UHGV virus genome: UHGV-0339891
Reading direction: 5' to 3' (one strand)
DNA length: 17,122 nt
From: a virus
Both the position numbers and the translations under genes were made by a program. Shown here one piece after another: positions 15,250 to 17,122 of this stretch. The stretch's first letter is position 1; every line of letters starts with the position of its first letter. The notes under the pieces were generated by a model. That model saw only the letters and a program-made list of their open reading frames with translations. It was not told the origin of the DNA and made no database searches.

Positions 15250-15709
15250 TCAACGTAAGGCGTTCCTCGATATGCTGGCGTGGTCGGAGGGAACTGATAA
15301 CGGACGTCAGAAAACCAGAAATCATGGTTATGACGTCATTGTAGGCGGAGAGCTATTCACTGATTACTCCGATCACCCTCGCAAACTTGTCACGCTAAAC
15401 CCAAAACTCAAATCAACAGCAGCCGGACGTTACCAGCTTCTTTCCCGTTGGTGGGATGCCTATCGCAAGCAGCTCGGACTGAAAGACTTCTCTCCGAAAA
15501 GCCAGGACGCTGTGGCACTGCAACAGATTAAAGAGCGTGGCGCTTTACCGATGATTGATCGCGGTGATATCCGTCAGGCTATCGACCGTTGCAGCAATAT
15601 CTGGGCTTCACTGCCTGGCGCTGGTTATGGTCAGTTCGAGCATAAGGCTGACAGCCTGATTGCAAAATTCAAAGAAGCGGGTGGAACGGTCAGAGAGATT
15701 GAGGTATGA
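15233..15709 (+). CDS. R: Endolysin R (lytic transglycosylase)
   Basis: 158-aa ORF that appears near-identical to lambda R (recalled); start overlaps the S 3' end. Confidence 0.9.
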   Translation: MVEINNQRKAFLDMLAWSEGTDNGRQKTRNHGYDVIVGGELFTDYSDHPRKLVTLNPKLKSTAAGRYQLLSRWWDAYRKQLGLKDFSPKSQDAVALQQIKERGALPMIDRGDIRQAIDRCSNIWASLPGAGYGQFEHKADSLIAKFKEAGGTVREIEV

Positions 15710-16143
15710 GCAGAGTAACCGCGATTATCTCCGCTCTGGTTATCTGCATCATCGTCTGTCTGTCATGGGCTGTTAATCATTACCGTGATAACGCCATGAC
15801 CTACAAAGAGCAGCGCGATAAAGCCACATCCATCATCGCTGATATGCAGAAGCGTCAACGTGATGTAGCTGAACTCGATGCCAGATACACAAAGGAGCTT
15901 GCTGATGCTAACGCGACTATCGAAAGTCTCCGTGCTGATGTTTCTGCTGGGCGTAAGCGCCTGCAGGTCGCCGCCACCTGTGCAAAGTCAACGACCGGAG
16001 CCAGCGGCATGGGCGATGGAGAAAGCCCAAGACTTACAGCAGATGCTGAACTCAATTATTACCGTCTCCGAAGTGGAATCGACAGGATAACCGCGCAGGT
16101 TAACTACCTGCAGGAATACATCAGGACGCAATGCCTTCGATGA
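15706..16143 (+). CDS. Rz: Rz spanin (i-spanin)
   Basis: First about 30 aa match lambda Rz ([30 protein letters not shown]), the rest is divergent; ATGA overlap with R. Confidence 0.8.
   Translation: MSRVTAIISALVICIIVCLSWAVNHYRDNAMTYKEQRDKATSIIADMQKRQRDVAELDARYTKELADANATIESLRADVSAGRKRLQVAATCAKSTTGASGMGDGESPRLTADAELNYYRLRSGIDRITAQVNYLQEYIRTQCLR
15905..16090 (+). CDS. Rz1: Rz1 outer-membrane lipoprotein spanin, embedded in the +1 frame of Rz
   Basis: ATG 15905 with AAGGAG 8 nt upstream; signal peptide ending in lipobox VSAC; proline-rich mature part. Confidence 0.65.
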   Translation: MLTRLSKVSVLMFLLGVSACRSPPPVQSQRPEPAAWAMEKAQDLQQMLNSIITVSEVESTG

Positions 16144-16590
16144 TAGCGATAATTTTACTCATCATCCTTCACATCTGGCTCTGTAGACAGGGTGGTGATC
16201 ACTTCTGGAGTGAATCCAGATTAAACATCTCATTGCTGATGCTTGATATTGAGCATCTGGCGCGCGGTAAGGGGCTGCGTTGAGATAAGAGCCAGTTCAT
16301 TACAAAGCCTATCTACTGGTGGGCTTGATAATGAAACCGGAATTTATTCTGGGTAACCAGTTACGGCAGTACCGCGAAACAACCCAAGCCAGTAAGTGGG
16401 GAAATAACACTGGCAGCCACTGAAAGATGAACCTCCTGCCTTATGGCAAAAAAGATTCTTTGTGGTGGCGGACTGATGGAAAGACATCGGTTATTGCAGA
16501 GGCCATTCAATGAGTGGTCTCGACAATGGCTTATACCCTACACGGGATAACTTAACTGATATCCCTTTTAACGGATAAACGGAGCCAACA

Positions 16591-16833
16591 ATGGCAGAGA
16601 TTATTCCCATGACTGAAGAACAGAAATTCAAGTTAGAAATTTACCGACTGCTATCTAAGAACAATTCAGCGGCAGAGGAAGCGTTTGCATTCATTGGTGC
16701 TGACCAGTTGAAACTGGAATTGTTCAAGTTGCACTACAACGATGGCGGTGCAAATCCAGACTTCACATCTCGCACTATCGAAGCGGTGCGTAAATCGAAG
16801 GAAGCGTTAGACCTGTTCACTACCGGAGGGTAA
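16591..16833 (+). CDS. Hypothetical protein (80 aa)
   Basis: ORF track; ATG preceded by ACGGAG. Confidence 0.4.
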   Translation: MAEIIPMTEEQKFKLEIYRLLSKNNSAAEEAFAFIGADQLKLELFKLHYNDGGANPDFTSRTIEAVRKSKEALDLFTTGG

Positions 16834-16836
16834 GAG

Positions 16837-17010
16837 ATGACTGAACAAGAAATGCCGAGATACCAGTGCCACAAAAAAGTTCGCGCCCTGAAGATTGGCT
16901 CTATAGAACATAAGCCAAACCCAGATCAGTCTGGTAAGACTGGCTCTTCTAGTTATGGGGCAATTATTCATCCGGATGATAAGGGTGATGCTGCCAACTT
17001 ACTGATTTAG
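16837..17010 (+). pseudogene. Hypothetical gene truncated by IS1 insertion
   Basis: ATG 16837 with GGAGGG 6 nt upstream; the frame runs into the IS1 terminal repeat at 16984 and stops at an IS1-encoded TAG (17008-17010). Confidence 0.4.
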
Positions 17011-17122
17011 TGTATGATGGTGTTTTTGAGGTGCTCCAGTGGCTTCTGTTTCTATCAGCTGTCCCTCCTGTTCAGCTACTGACGGGGTGGTGCGTAACGG
17101 CAAAAGCACCGCCGGACATCAG
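16984..17122 (+). mobile_element. IS1 left end (terminal inverted repeat and start of insA), continues beyond the window
   Basis: GGTGATGCTGCCAACTTACTGATTTAGTGTATGATGGTGTTTTTGAGGTGCTCCAGTGGCTTCTG... matches the canonical IS1 left end from memory. Confidence 0.8.
17039..17122 (+). CDS. insA: IS1 InsA, N-terminal part (partial)
   Basis: GTG start; translation [27 protein letters not shown] matches IS1 InsA (recalled). Confidence 0.75.
   Translation, partial: MASVSISCPSCSATDGVVRNGKSTAGHQ

Noticed and set aside
1-17122. The window being phage lambda itself, given identical S and R and nin genes
   Set aside because: cI, cro, operators, N, the replication module (DnaB-type helicase instead of P) and the left-arm genes all differ from lambda; it is a mosaic lambdoid prophage.

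Overview
This window is a lambdoid prophage segment of lambda/P22-type mosaic, most likely from E. coli or Shigella; all calls were made by reading the sequence and from recalled family knowledge, with no database search. Left to right: (1) a minus-strand early-left (pL) operon carrying Ea22-like coiled-coil genes, a Gp157-family gene, a RecT recombinase, small acidic proteins, kil-like and cIII-like genes, a two-TM membrane protein and a short N-like antiterminator, with intrinsic terminators interspersed; (2) the immunity region, with a LexA-like cI repressor, cro, cII, three ATAAC-N4-GTTAT operators at OR and matching sites at OL, promoters pL/pRM/pR, nutL/nutR, and a 98-aa AT-rich membrane-protein gene sitting where lambda carries rexAB; (3) a replication module with an O-like initiator whose reading frame is broken inside its own 11-bp iteron array (ori), followed by a DnaB-type helicase; (4) a nin region (ninB, ninE, ninF, ybcO-like, rusA, ninH) and a Q-like antiterminator with a pR'-like promoter; (5) a lysis cassette S/R/Rz/Rz1, where S and R look essentially lambda-identical and Rz diverges; (6) unknown ORFs ending in the left end of IS1, which truncates the last ORF. 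The best candidates for an undescribed function are the rex-position 98-aa membrane protein and the accessory block between N and cIII (membrane protein plus strongly acidic small proteins).
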